A stretch of 64,000 nucleotides of DNA from Clostridiales bacterium. GTDB lineage: Bacteria > Bacillota > Clostridia > Saccharofermentanales > Saccharofermentanaceae. This document shows positions 54,902 to 62,754 of this stretch, in pieces (position 1 is the stretch's first letter; each line of letters starts with the position of its first letter). The notes under the pieces are model-generated. The model made no database searches. It was not told the origin of the DNA and saw only the letters and a program-made list of their open reading frames with translations. The stretch spans positions 5,162-69,161 of the forward strand of contig JAGCVX010000014.1 in the NCBI GenBank assembly GCA_017962145.1, in the 5' to 3' direction. The position numbers and the translations under genes are program-made.

Positions 54902-56818
54902 ATGAAGTTTTTACAGACAAGTAAGCGACATCTGAACAGCAACAAACGAGGCGGCATGCTGGTTCTCGTTTTGATCATCTTTGCTGTAGCGCTTATTCTC
55001 ATTTCATCTGCAATTTCGATTACGGTATCTACCCGTAACCGTTATTACGTTGATGCCGAGACGAGCCAGGAAAGACTGACACTGTCGTGCGCAGCTGAGG
55101 CCGTGATCGATGCTATCGAAGCGCAGGAGATCACAGACGCAGAGCTCGAGCATGCGGCTGCCGGTTCCGGTACAACTTGGCACGTTCAAGGTGCAACGAA
55201 TTCGAATATGGACCAGTCTGGTGTTGCTAGTGACGGTCTGAATATCGCTCCTGGTCTTGCTGGTCAGTCATACAGCTACACGGATTGCCATGTACATGCA
55301 GTAGGTGGCACTTCTAAAGACATCTATCTGGACTTCAGCACAAAGATCAAAGCGACAGGCGGAACAGCAACAAGTGAGAATCTCCGTGTTCGCCTTGAGT
55401 ACACACCGCCGTCTGGTGATCCGCCGATCTGCACAAACCTTACAACAACAGGTGAAGATGGTGTTACAAACAACTCCCCGAAGATGTTTGTACAGGATCC
55501 GAGATCTTTCACAGTATTCCACGGTGAAGCTTATATCGCTGCAACATCCGGTTCTTTCATCCACAATACTGCAGTATTTACAGGTGAACTGATTGGCAAC
55601 GCTGGTACGATCTTCTATAACGACGTAATTTTCTATGGTCCGAATGCAGGACTTGACGTTGCTCGTTCCGGTGGTAATGGTCTTACCATCGAAGCGGTAG
55701 GCGATTGGCAGGGTTCTGCTTACTTCCTGGGCGTTACATATGAAGAGGCTACCGGACAGCAGTATGCTTTCCATAACCAAGGATCAGAAGTAAGTCTTTC
55801 TGACAAGAACCTGAATGTTTATGCTTGTTATTTCTATAATGCAAGAGGCCAGATCACAAGTTGGCCGTATGATGGCGCTGACAAGATGATTATCTCTGAT
55901 AACGGAAGTAACGTTCAAATCAACAGAGGTTGGACAGGATCCACAAATATCGTAACAGTAGGTACAGGTACTGGTAGTGGAGACAATACCGTTGCTAGTT
56001 CTGCGCTTACAGATGCGGCTCTTGTTGAGAAGTTTGCAAGTGTTTATGCTACAGGTACAGGATATGTTGCAAGTGGTGCCGAGGTTGTTACCGCTGCAGG
56101 TCGTCAGGTTCCCACATCCGCTGATATGGCTGCTTACAACACTCACCCGGGTACATCGTCTGTTCCGCATGGAACAACATCCATTTCCCGTGGTGCGTAC
56201 AACATGACCGGTGCTTATTCCGCTGGCGTGCTGACATGTGACCTTTCTTCCGGAGATATTTATATCAATGTAAGTGGTACATGTACTTTCACAGATTATT
56301 ACATCTATGCACCGAACACTTCTGACTACAAACTGTATGTGATTCTTCAGAGTGGTGCTTCCCTGATATTTAATAATTGCGACAATACGTGCAAAGATAC
56401 GCTTAGAACTTGTGGTATCGTTGCTTGCTCAAATCCTGAGCGTACAAACTGGCACGATGCTGAGTTCGTACAGCAGTACGATTCTACAGGACATTTTGTA
56501 TCATCTTCACCGTTGCGTGCGACACCTGGTCAGAAGCCGGCTTGCTACATCCTTGGTATGGGCAATAACTACCTTGAGGGTGGTCGTGCCTGCACAATTG
56601 AAGGCTATATCTGCCTCGGTGGTCGTGGTACACAGGCAAGTAAACTTTGTATCAAGGATAACTGCAACTTCTATGGACGTTACGAATCCGTTTTCATGGA
56701 TCAGGGTAACTCCGATAACCTGGAGATCTACTATTGCCCGTCACCGCAAGAGGGCGATGACAGCGACAAGCCGTTGACTTCCAGCTATACACCGGTAGAC
56801 TATCAGTACTACTACTAA
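54902..56818 (+). CDS. Large PilX/GspK-like pilus-associated protein (638 aa)
   Basis: N-terminus NKRGGMLVLVLIIFAVALILISSAI resembles PilX_N (prepilin-like, with no Glu at position 5). The rest is G/T/S/N-rich and beta-strand-like, with a Cys-rich C-terminal third. GGAGG RBS. Confidence 0.5.
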   Translation: MKFLQTSKRHLNSNKRGGMLVLVLIIFAVALILISSAISITVSTRNRYYVDAETSQERLTLSCAAEAVIDAIEAQEITDAELEHAAAGSGTTWHVQGATNSNMDQSGVASDGLNIAPGLAGQSYSYTDCHVHAVGGTSKDIYLDFSTKIKATGGTATSENLRVRLEYTPPSGDPPICTNLTTTGEDGVTNNSPKMFVQDPRSFTVFHGEAYIAATSGSFIHNTAVFTGELIGNAGTIFYNDVIFYGPNAGLDVARSGGNGLTIEAVGDWQGSAYFLGVTYEEATGQQYAFHNQGSEVSLSDKNLNVYACYFYNARGQITSWPYDGADKMIISDNGSNVQINRGWTGSTNIVTVGTGTGSGDNTVASSALTDAALVEKFASVYATGTGYVASGAEVVTAAGRQVPTSADMAAYNTHPGTSSVPHGTTSISRGAYNMTGAYSAGVLTCDLSSGDIYINVSGTCTFTDYYIYAPNTSDYKLYVILQSGASLIFNNCDNTCKDTLRTCGIVACSNPERTNWHDAEFVQQYDSTGHFVSSSPLRATPGQKPACYILGMGNNYLEGGRACTIEGYICLGGRGTQASKLCIKDNCNFYGRYESVFMDQGNSDNLEIYYCPSPQEGDDSDKPLTSSYTPVDYQYYY

Positions 56819-56871
56819 TAACAACTGATCTATTTCTAAGATGGCAAACTAATACGGAGAAAGTTGTTCCA

Positions 56872-56900
56872 GGGGGGCTCGAAAGAGCCCCCCTTATTAT
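56872..56900 (+). terminator. Rho-independent terminator after the PilX-like gene
   Basis: ggggggctc gaaa gagcccccc followed by ttattattt. Confidence 0.7.
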
Positions 56901-56920
56901 TTGCGGCAATGAATGAGAAT

Positions 56921-56967
56921 AAAAAGATCCGGCTTCATCTGATAATGTACAAGCCGGATCTTTTTTG
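56921..56967. terminator. Second hairpin, bidirectional in form
   Basis: aaaaagatccggctt / aagccggatctttttt arms with a 15-nt loop. Confidence 0.55.
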
Positions 56968-57380
56968 TGTAATGAATGCATATAACAAATAGATAAATAT
57001 GTAAAGGAAAGATCTCGGAGAAAATAAAAGAGAGCAAGCAAAAACGACTCGCCAGAACGCGGTATAAATGCGCTCGCGCAACAAAAATGAGATGAGTATC
57101 ATTTGCGGCATAAAACTCCGAAATGGTGCCAAAGAACGCGAAATTTGGCATAGCGAATAAAATGAGCATTTTAGATGAGTGTTTCATGCTGCCGTCGGAT
57201 ATGTTTTATTCAGCTTGAATACGGATCAGGAGCTTGAAAAAGTGTTTGGCAATGAACTTATACATATTAATGCAGCTCGAATAAATACGAGGCCTCTGGC
57301 GGGAATAATAGATATGCCATCTGCGGGTGAGTATATAATAACTACAGAAGTAGAGAAGAAGCGGCGTAAACGGAGTTTGA

Positions 57381-57421
57381 AAATAAAAAAAGTCCTGCCC
57401 CGAAAACCGGGACAGGACTTA
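57381..57421 (-). terminator. Terminator of the pilin operon
   Basis: The - strand reads aagtcctgtcccgg tttt cggggcaggact followed by tttttttatttt. Confidence 0.7.
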
Positions 57422-57443
57422 AAAACTACGAATGAATGAAGGA

Positions 57444-57971
57444 TTAAGTATGATCCTTGCTATAAGTGATAGAAGCAGAATCAGTCATCGCTGCCATATC
57501 TTTACAAGACGGACAATAAACTGTGATCTCATCATGATAAGCAACACCGGAAGACGGGTTGTCCATATCAACAAGATTCAGCGAGACTTTGACGCTCTTG
57601 GAACCGGGTATTGTTGTAAACTTAAGCTGAACACCCCACTTTTCAGTGCCGGCACCAGTATGATACTGCTGATAACTTGAAATAATATCATTAGTATTCA
57701 GCGTTACTCTTGTACCGTTTGAAGAAATTGTTTCAGTTCCGTCGCTACCAATCGTTGTAGCATTACAGAGATTGTTTGAAATTGCCATCAGATTGAGAGA
57801 TGCAAAATCGTGCATATCATTTACTGTTGCAACACGGAGATGACTCATCTGTACAGTAACGAATGTTCCGTAGATATAGCCCATCGTCATGCAGAGGATG
57901 GCAAGTACCAAAACCATTTCAAGAAGGGTAAAACCAACTCTTTTTTTCTTATTTTTTGTAACTCGTAACAT
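57444..57971 (-). CDS. Minor type IV (pre)pilin
   Basis: Class III signal KKRVG/FTLLEMVLVLAIL with Glu5. ATG 57971 follows GAGGTG. Confidence 0.75.
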   Translation of the reverse strand: MLRVTKNKKKRVGFTLLEMVLVLAILCMTMGYIYGTFVTVQMSHLRVATVNDMHDFASLNLMAISNNLCNATTIGSDGTETISSNGTRVTLNTNDIISSYQQYHTGAGTEKWGVQLKFTTIPGSKSVKVSLNLVDMDNPSSGVAYHDEITVYCPSCKDMAAMTDSASITYSKDHT

Positions 57972-57986
57972 AGCAATCACCTCGAA

Positions 57987-58544
57987 TCAAGTTGATGAAG
58001 CAGCAGTGAATGAGGGATAGTTTCTTACGAATACAGAGTAATCGCAGGAAGCGTTAGGACATTTACCAATAATGACCTTATCGCCATCCTCATTTGTTTC
58101 TACGAAATACTGCAAACCAAGATCAGGATGAGCGGAACAGCCACCTCTTGCAAGATATGTAAAACCATGTCTTGTAGCAGTCTGCTTAAAGTTGGCATCC
58201 TGCATCAGAGAAGTAGAAGAGAAGCCGGAAGATCCGCTTGACTCGTTAATTACATTTACCTGGATAATACTCTTAAAACCAGTGCCATAAACGCAGAGCG
58301 CAGTGGTAGAAGATCCACCGGGGTGATCCTGAGCACCACAGTTTGATGTAGCACCCATTGATTGATAAATCTTACCGGCATTTACATTACTGAAACGCTC
58401 AGCAAGCGCAGTATCAGCTGCATAACTCAGAGTAGACATGAAACCTTCGAGGGTGATAAGAGATACGATCATCAGTAACGCTACGGACAACATCGTTTCG
58501 AGCAATGTAAAACCGCGGCGCGATATCTTTTTGCGGCAAAGCAT
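57987..58544 (-). CDS. Minor type IV (pre)pilin
   Basis: Class III signal SRRG/FTLLETMLSVALLMIV with Glu5. GGAGGA RBS. Confidence 0.75.
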   Translation of the reverse strand: MLCRKKISRRGFTLLETMLSVALLMIVSLITLEGFMSTLSYAADTALAERFSNVNAGKIYQSMGATSNCGAQDHPGGSSTTALCVYGTGFKSIIQVNVINESSGSSGFSSTSLMQDANFKQTATRHGFTYLARGGCSAHPDLGLQYFVETNEDGDKVIIGKCPNASCDYSVFVRNYPSFTAASST

Positions 58545-58556
58545 CTGAATTCCTCC

Positions 58557-58772
58557 TTAATAACCCAAATTAACAAAACTTTGATTAATCTGCGCGTTAT
58601 TGGCTTTAAATTCGGATACTTGAGAACCGACCCTGTCAGAATTAGAACGGGCCATAGTAATGTACTGGCTTACCGAAAGGCCAACAACAGCAGCTAATAA
58701 AACAATTATCGCAATGACTAACACCATTTCAACCAAGGTGAAGCCTCGCTTGTTCTTATTAAACTTTTTCAT
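58557..58772 (-). CDS. Very short type IV prepilin (71 aa; predicted mature 61 aa)
   Basis: MKKFNKNKRG/FTLVEMVLVIAIIVLLAAVV... with no globular domain. GGAGGC RBS precedes ATG 58772. Confidence 0.8.
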   Translation of the reverse strand: MKKFNKNKRGFTLVEMVLVIAIIVLLAAVVGLSVSQYITMARSNSDRVGSQVSEFKANNAQINQSFVNLGY

Positions 58773-58798
58773 AATTGCCTCCAAGTATAACCATCTAT

Positions 58799-58826
58799 AT
58801 TATAACACCAAAAAACCAAGATACAA
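58799..58826 (-). promoter_or_regulatory. Sigma-A promoter with an extended -10 for the 71-aa pilin
   Basis: On the - strand: TTGTAT, 16-nt spacer including TGT, then TATAAT. Confidence 0.5.
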
Positions 58827-58904
58827 GACGTGAATTTGTAAACAAAATATAAATGAAAAAGCGGATCATTTGTGTGTTTCTCCAGGATCCATCTTCCATC
58901 CCGG

Positions 58905-58942
58905 AAAAGAAAAAATAGGGGGGACCCGTGATCCCCCCTATT
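58905..58942 (-). terminator. Rho-independent terminator directly after the 66-aa pilin gene
   Basis: The - strand reads atagggggg atcacgggt cccccctat followed by tttttctttt. Confidence 0.7.
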
Positions 58943-58979
58943 CAATTTACTTAGTACACTCAGTCAGTGAATCTCTGTA

Positions 58980-59180
58980 TTAGAGAGCAGCAGAGATAGC
59001 CTGGTTAACCTGAGAAATAGCACTGTTGTGAGACTGGATCTTCTGTGTAGCTGTCTTAGCTGCGTTGATGTAGCTAGCTACGGAGAAGAATACTACTGCT
59101 GCCAGGATAACGATGATAGCAATAACGAGTACCATTTCAACGAGTGTAAAACCTTTTCTGTTCTTCTGAATCTTCTTCAT
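58980..59180 (-). CDS. Very short type IV prepilin (66 aa; predicted mature 56 aa), likely the major subunit
   Basis: MKKIQKNRKG/FTLVEMVLVIAIIVILAAVVFFSVASYINAAK... AGGAGG RBS. It has a strong promoter of its own and its own terminator. Confidence 0.8.
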   Translation of the reverse strand: MKKIQKNRKGFTLVEMVLVIAIIVILAAVVFFSVASYINAAKTATQKIQSHNSAISQVNQAISAAL

Positions 59181-59220
59181 AATAAGTTCCTCCTAAATGT
59201 TTTATTGAGTTTGTAATTTC

Positions 59221-59248
59221 ATTATAGCAGGGAATTTGAAAAATGCAA
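59221..59248 (-). promoter_or_regulatory. Near-consensus sigma-A promoter for the 66-aa pilin
   Basis: On the - strand: TTGCAT (59248-59243), 16-nt spacer, TATAAT (59226-59221). Confidence 0.6.
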
Positions 59249-59264
59249 TACCAATTTTGAATTT

Positions 59265-59284
59265 TTTTCACATTTTTGTGAAAA
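59265..59284. promoter_or_regulatory. Perfect 8-4-8 palindrome upstream of the pilin promoter
   Basis: TTTTCACA TTTT TGTGAAAA. It begins 17 bp upstream of the -35 hexamer. Confidence 0.45.
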
Positions 59285-59483
59285 ATAATTTTTTGCTGTC
59301 AAAATGCGCCCACAATATCCATGTTTTCAGGCCCTGAAAAAAACCGGAATCCTGATCACAAATCAGCCAGAGAAGGCTTTAAATGGCGATTTCGGCTCCT
59401 GCTGGGGAACGGGATCCATGTCGCACTTCGTTAACAATTATATCAGAAGAAGGGAAGATTCAATTGTGACAAAATGTGAACAC

Positions 59484-59518
59484 AAAAAAAGGACCGGTTA
59501 AAAACCGATCCTTTTTTC
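59484..59518. terminator. Hairpin terminator after the pilO-like gene
   Basis: ggaccggtt aaaa aaccgatcc flanked by an A-run and a T-run. Confidence 0.6.
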
Positions 59519-59540
59519 TCTAATACTTATTATATACAGA

Positions 59541-60665
59541 TTAGATTGTAGGCTGCTGATTCATGTCAGCGTGACGCTGGTTGTAATCATCAACGAGTGC
59601 TGCATACTCTTCAGGAGTGATCATACCGAGCTGATAGAGCATATTGATCTCGAGCATCTCAGGATCCATATTCGCAGCATCCTGGAGCAGAGTATCGAGC
59701 AGAGTCCACTCAAATGCCCAGTGAGTCCATGCTGCGAACGGACGATTGACCTGGAAGTCATAGTCTACGAAAGAGATGAACTTGCCGTACAGCGGAGAAG
59801 ACGGGGATACAGTGTAGTTTGCACCACCGAACTTAACCATGAAGTAACTCGGAAGACCAACCAGACCACCAGTAGTAATATTCTCAGCGCCAACCCACTT
59901 CATGTAGTTCATGTCATAGTTCGGCTTAGAAATACGATCTACGAGATCATAAGCATATACATTTACTGTTGCGCTGTATGTGCAGAAGCCCTGAAGTGTA
60001 TCTTCGATCTTAATATCTGTAATCTTTACATAATCCGGAGCATCTGCCTGGATCTTCTTAAGAGCTTCGATGAACTCTTCGTAGCCGATGTACTCAGAAG
60101 AAATAGCGTAGGGATTTACGCCTGTTGCATCAGCCGCCGGGTTAACTACTTCCGGATTGTTTCCGATCAGAAGCTGATTTGTGTAAACAGAATACGGGAT
60201 ATCATCGCCTTCATCGTGTGTAAGAAGGAAACCGTCTGTACCGGAAACGGCTACAGTATAACGGGAATAAAATACCTGGTTACGGCTTGTAGAACCATCC
60301 GGCATCTGAGCCAACTCATACTCAAGAGGAGTATTGCTGATTTCTACATAATACGGTGTACCCGCATCTTCAAAGTGCTTATAAAGCTTTCTCTGGATAG
60401 CATCTGTGTACAGTTCAGGCAGGAACTTCTTTTCCAGTTCCGTGAGCTGGTTCTTCAGATCTTCGCACTGCTGATCCAGTTCCTGAGCCTGTTGGATAAT
60501 AGCGTCCTTTTCTGCCTTCTCCTGTCTTACCTGCTCAAGTTCAACGTTGGTTGCCTTGAGTTTATTCATATTCTTCTGAATGACGAGCAACCAGCAAACT
60601 GCACCCAGAGCAATCAGGAGAACAATGAACAATAAGAATGTGTCTCTACCACCTGTTGTTTTCAT
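59541..60665 (-). CDS. PilO-like T4P alignment protein (TM + coiled coil + large outer domain)
   Basis: N-terminal TM (FLLFIVLLIALGAVCWLLVI) followed by the coiled coil KLKATNVELEQVRQEKAEKDAIIQQAQELDQQCEDLKNQLTELEKK. Positioned after pilM/pilN. Confidence 0.45.
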   Translation of the reverse strand: MKTTGGRDTFLLFIVLLIALGAVCWLLVIQKNMNKLKATNVELEQVRQEKAEKDAIIQQAQELDQQCEDLKNQLTELEKKFLPELYTDAIQRKLYKHFEDAGTPYYVEISNTPLEYELAQMPDGSTSRNQVFYSRYTVAVSGTDGFLLTHDEGDDIPYSVYTNQLLIGNNPEVVNPAADATGVNPYAISSEYIGYEEFIEALKKIQADAPDYVKITDIKIEDTLQGFCTYSATVNVYAYDLVDRISKPNYDMNYMKWVGAENITTGGLVGLPSYFMVKFGGANYTVSPSSPLYGKFISFVDYDFQVNRPFAAWTHWAFEWTLLDTLLQDAANMDPEMLEINMLYQLGMITPEEYAALVDDYNQRHADMNQQPTI

Positions 60666-60686
60666 CAGGATTCACCTCCGAAATTA

Positions 60687-61598
60687 TTAGCCCTGAGCTG
60701 CTTCAGCTGCTGCAGGAGTATAAATGAACTCAATGTTCATATTAGTCGATACCTTACCAGTGAGCTGGTTGTTGCGAACAGCTTCATCCAACTCAGTCTG
60801 AGAAACGGCAACACCGTTGATTCTGATATTGGTGAGGTTGTATGTTACACCATTATCTTCGATTACTGCGATATCCGGAATCGAGAAATCAGAACCTGCG
60901 TTATAAGTCATTGTACGAAGCTGAGAAAGAGCAGCCGGTGAAGTACCATCAACAAAGGATGCCCAGGATACTGTGTAATGGCCCTTAATTGTGCATTTGA
61001 ATTCGAACTGATACTTCATCATAGAATACATCATACTCATGTTGTCCAGACCAAGTTCATTCGGATCAGCTGCCTTAATGGAATCAGTTACGAAGCTGAA
61101 AAGATCCTTGGAACGGAGCAGGTTAGCAAAATTAACCGGGCTGGTACGATCAAGGGAGAAGCCCTGGATGGTTACAGTGCCATCCTTATCTTCGTACTTT
61201 GTAATAACTGTATCATTCGGCAAGCTGTCAATAACGCCAACCAGTGTTTCAACAGAAGATGTTGTTGTTCCGGTTACAGCTGCATCGAGAGTAGAGATAG
61301 CGTAGTAGTACTCACGCAGTTTTTCAACGGCTGCCTGAGACTCATCTTTCGCTGCCAGTCTTGCCTGATAATCAGCAGATGCCATAGTTTCTCTGAGACT
61401 GTTGATCTCTTTTGTTTTGTTCATGATCTGGATACCGCAGATTACCCATACCAGCAATGTAATGATGATAATGGCAAGAGCGGTCAGAAGGAAGAACGGG
61501 AATGCTGACGAAAACTGTTGAGAAGCAGCAGAAGAGAACTCAGAAAAGAAGTTCATATCTCTTTTTGAAAACTCATTTTTTGACTTTGCAAAACTCAT
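60687..61598 (-). CDS. pilN: PilN-like T4P alignment protein
   Basis: ATG 61598 follows AGGAGG. A short cytoplasmic N-terminus, one TM segment, a coiled coil and a periplasmic-type domain. Immediately downstream of pilM. Confidence 0.5.
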   Translation of the reverse strand: MSFAKSKNEFSKRDMNFFSEFSSAASQQFSSAFPFFLLTALAIIIITLLVWVICGIQIMNKTKEINSLRETMASADYQARLAAKDESQAAVEKLREYYYAISTLDAAVTGTTTSSVETLVGVIDSLPNDTVITKYEDKDGTVTIQGFSLDRTSPVNFANLLRSKDLFSFVTDSIKAADPNELGLDNMSMMYSMMKYQFEFKCTIKGHYTVSWASFVDGTSPAALSQLRTMTYNAGSDFSIPDIAVIEDNGVTYNLTNIRINGVAVSQTELDEAVRNNQLTGKVSTNMNIEFIYTPAAAEAAQG

Positions 61599-61612
61599 GA
61601 TTTCGCCTCCTT

Positions 61613-62731
61613 TCAATTGTCACGAATGAGTGCACCGCACGCATTCACATAATCAGATAAGATGAAATCTTTCGGACCCTGAACAGAGTTGAGGGAACCA
61701 AGGATTTCAACCTGTGTACCAAGCTGACGGGAAAGTTCCTTATCCATCTTGCGGTACTTCGCACCACTACCATAGAGGAAGCATGTGCTGATCGCGTCGA
61801 GGTGGAATTTGGAAATCGAGAACTGAGCAGTTCTGGAAATAGCATCCGTCAAGCTCTTGAAGTAAGCGGATACGGCGCTGTTCAGCGACGGCTCGTCTTT
61901 TACTGTCTCGTGCCATACATCGATGTCGGAAACATCAACTGTGGCAATGCCTTCGCCCTTAACAACCTGCAAACGTCTTGTCAGGATAGAAGACTTGTTT
62001 GCAGAGCTGCCCTGAACTTTCTTCACGGTCTCGGCTACCTGACGGATGTTGGAGTGACCAAACTGCAGGCGGCGTGTCAGAACCGGGAAGCCCTTGTCCA
62101 GAACGGTGATATTGGTTGTCTTAGAAGACAATTCAATAAGAAGAAGGGTATTGGATGCGATGTTTGTTGTACCGTTGATCGTACCGCTTCTGAAAAGCTT
62201 ACGGATCGCATTCGGGTTAACATCAAGAGCAACAGGCTGCAGAGCACTTGTCTTCATCAGTTCACGGAAGTCGCCTGCGACGTCTTTCGGAATAGCTGTA
62301 GCACGTACTTTGTACTTCTGCTGCTTTGTTTCTTCATCAAGAACCTTATCGTAAATGATGTATTCTACGATCATGTCACGATTGTTGGTTCCCTGACCGA
62401 GGATCTCGTAGCGAACCATATCGCGGAGCTGATCAGCTTTAACTGCCGGCAGTTCCAAATCTCTTGTGTGCAGGTAACTGCCCTCTACTGTAAGGACGGC
62501 ACGCTTGTCCTGAATGTTGCTCTTTGCCAGAGCGTTCTTCAGAGCCATTACTACACCAAACTGGTCAGCAATAACACCGTCTGAAATTGTGTCGGACTCG
62601 AGCGGGATGATACCGAACTTCTCGACCTGGACTGTGCCGGTCTTACGGTTGTATCCGCCAAGAACCATTTTCATGTTTGAGCTGGAGACGTCAATTGAAA
62701 TCTCTCTGCTGCTTCCACTTCCTAAAGCCAT
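61613..62731 (-). CDS. pilM: PilM, actin-like ATPase-fold T4P assembly protein
   Basis: Size of ~372 aa and a typical PilM N-terminus (IDVSSSNMKMV...VIADQ...ALKNAL...AVLTVEGSYLHTRDLELP...QLRDMVRYE). Confidence 0.75.
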   Translation of the reverse strand: MALGSGSSREISIDVSSSNMKMVLGGYNRKTGTVQVEKFGIIPLESDTISDGVIADQFGVVMALKNALAKSNIQDKRAVLTVEGSYLHTRDLELPAVKADQLRDMVRYEILGQGTNNRDMIVEYIIYDKVLDEETKQQKYKVRATAIPKDVAGDFRELMKTSALQPVALDVNPNAIRKLFRSGTINGTTNIASNTLLLIELSSKTTNITVLDKGFPVLTRRLQFGHSNIRQVAETVKKVQGSSANKSSILTRRLQVVKGEGIATVDVSDIDVWHETVKDEPSLNSAVSAYFKSLTDAISRTAQFSISKFHLDAISTCFLYGSGAKYRKMDKELSRQLGTQVEILGSLNSVQGPKDFILSDYVNACGALIRDN

Positions 62732-62754
62732 ATTTTATCTCCTTTCGAAATACA

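Noticed and set aside
57179-57439. 86-aa + strand ORF in the spacer after the PilX-like gene.
   Set aside because: It has a GTG start with no RBS, runs through the pilin-operon terminator hairpin, and has no recognisable motifs.
58557-59180. Calling the short pilins conductive e-pilins.
   Set aside because: Only their length and Tyr27 resemble Geobacter PilA-N. Aromatic density is moderate and the C-terminal aromatics are partly absent. This is speculation without data.
59304-59501. 65-aa + strand ORF between the pilO-like and pilin genes.
   Set aside because: No RBS, it ends inside a terminator hairpin, and its composition is not protein-like.
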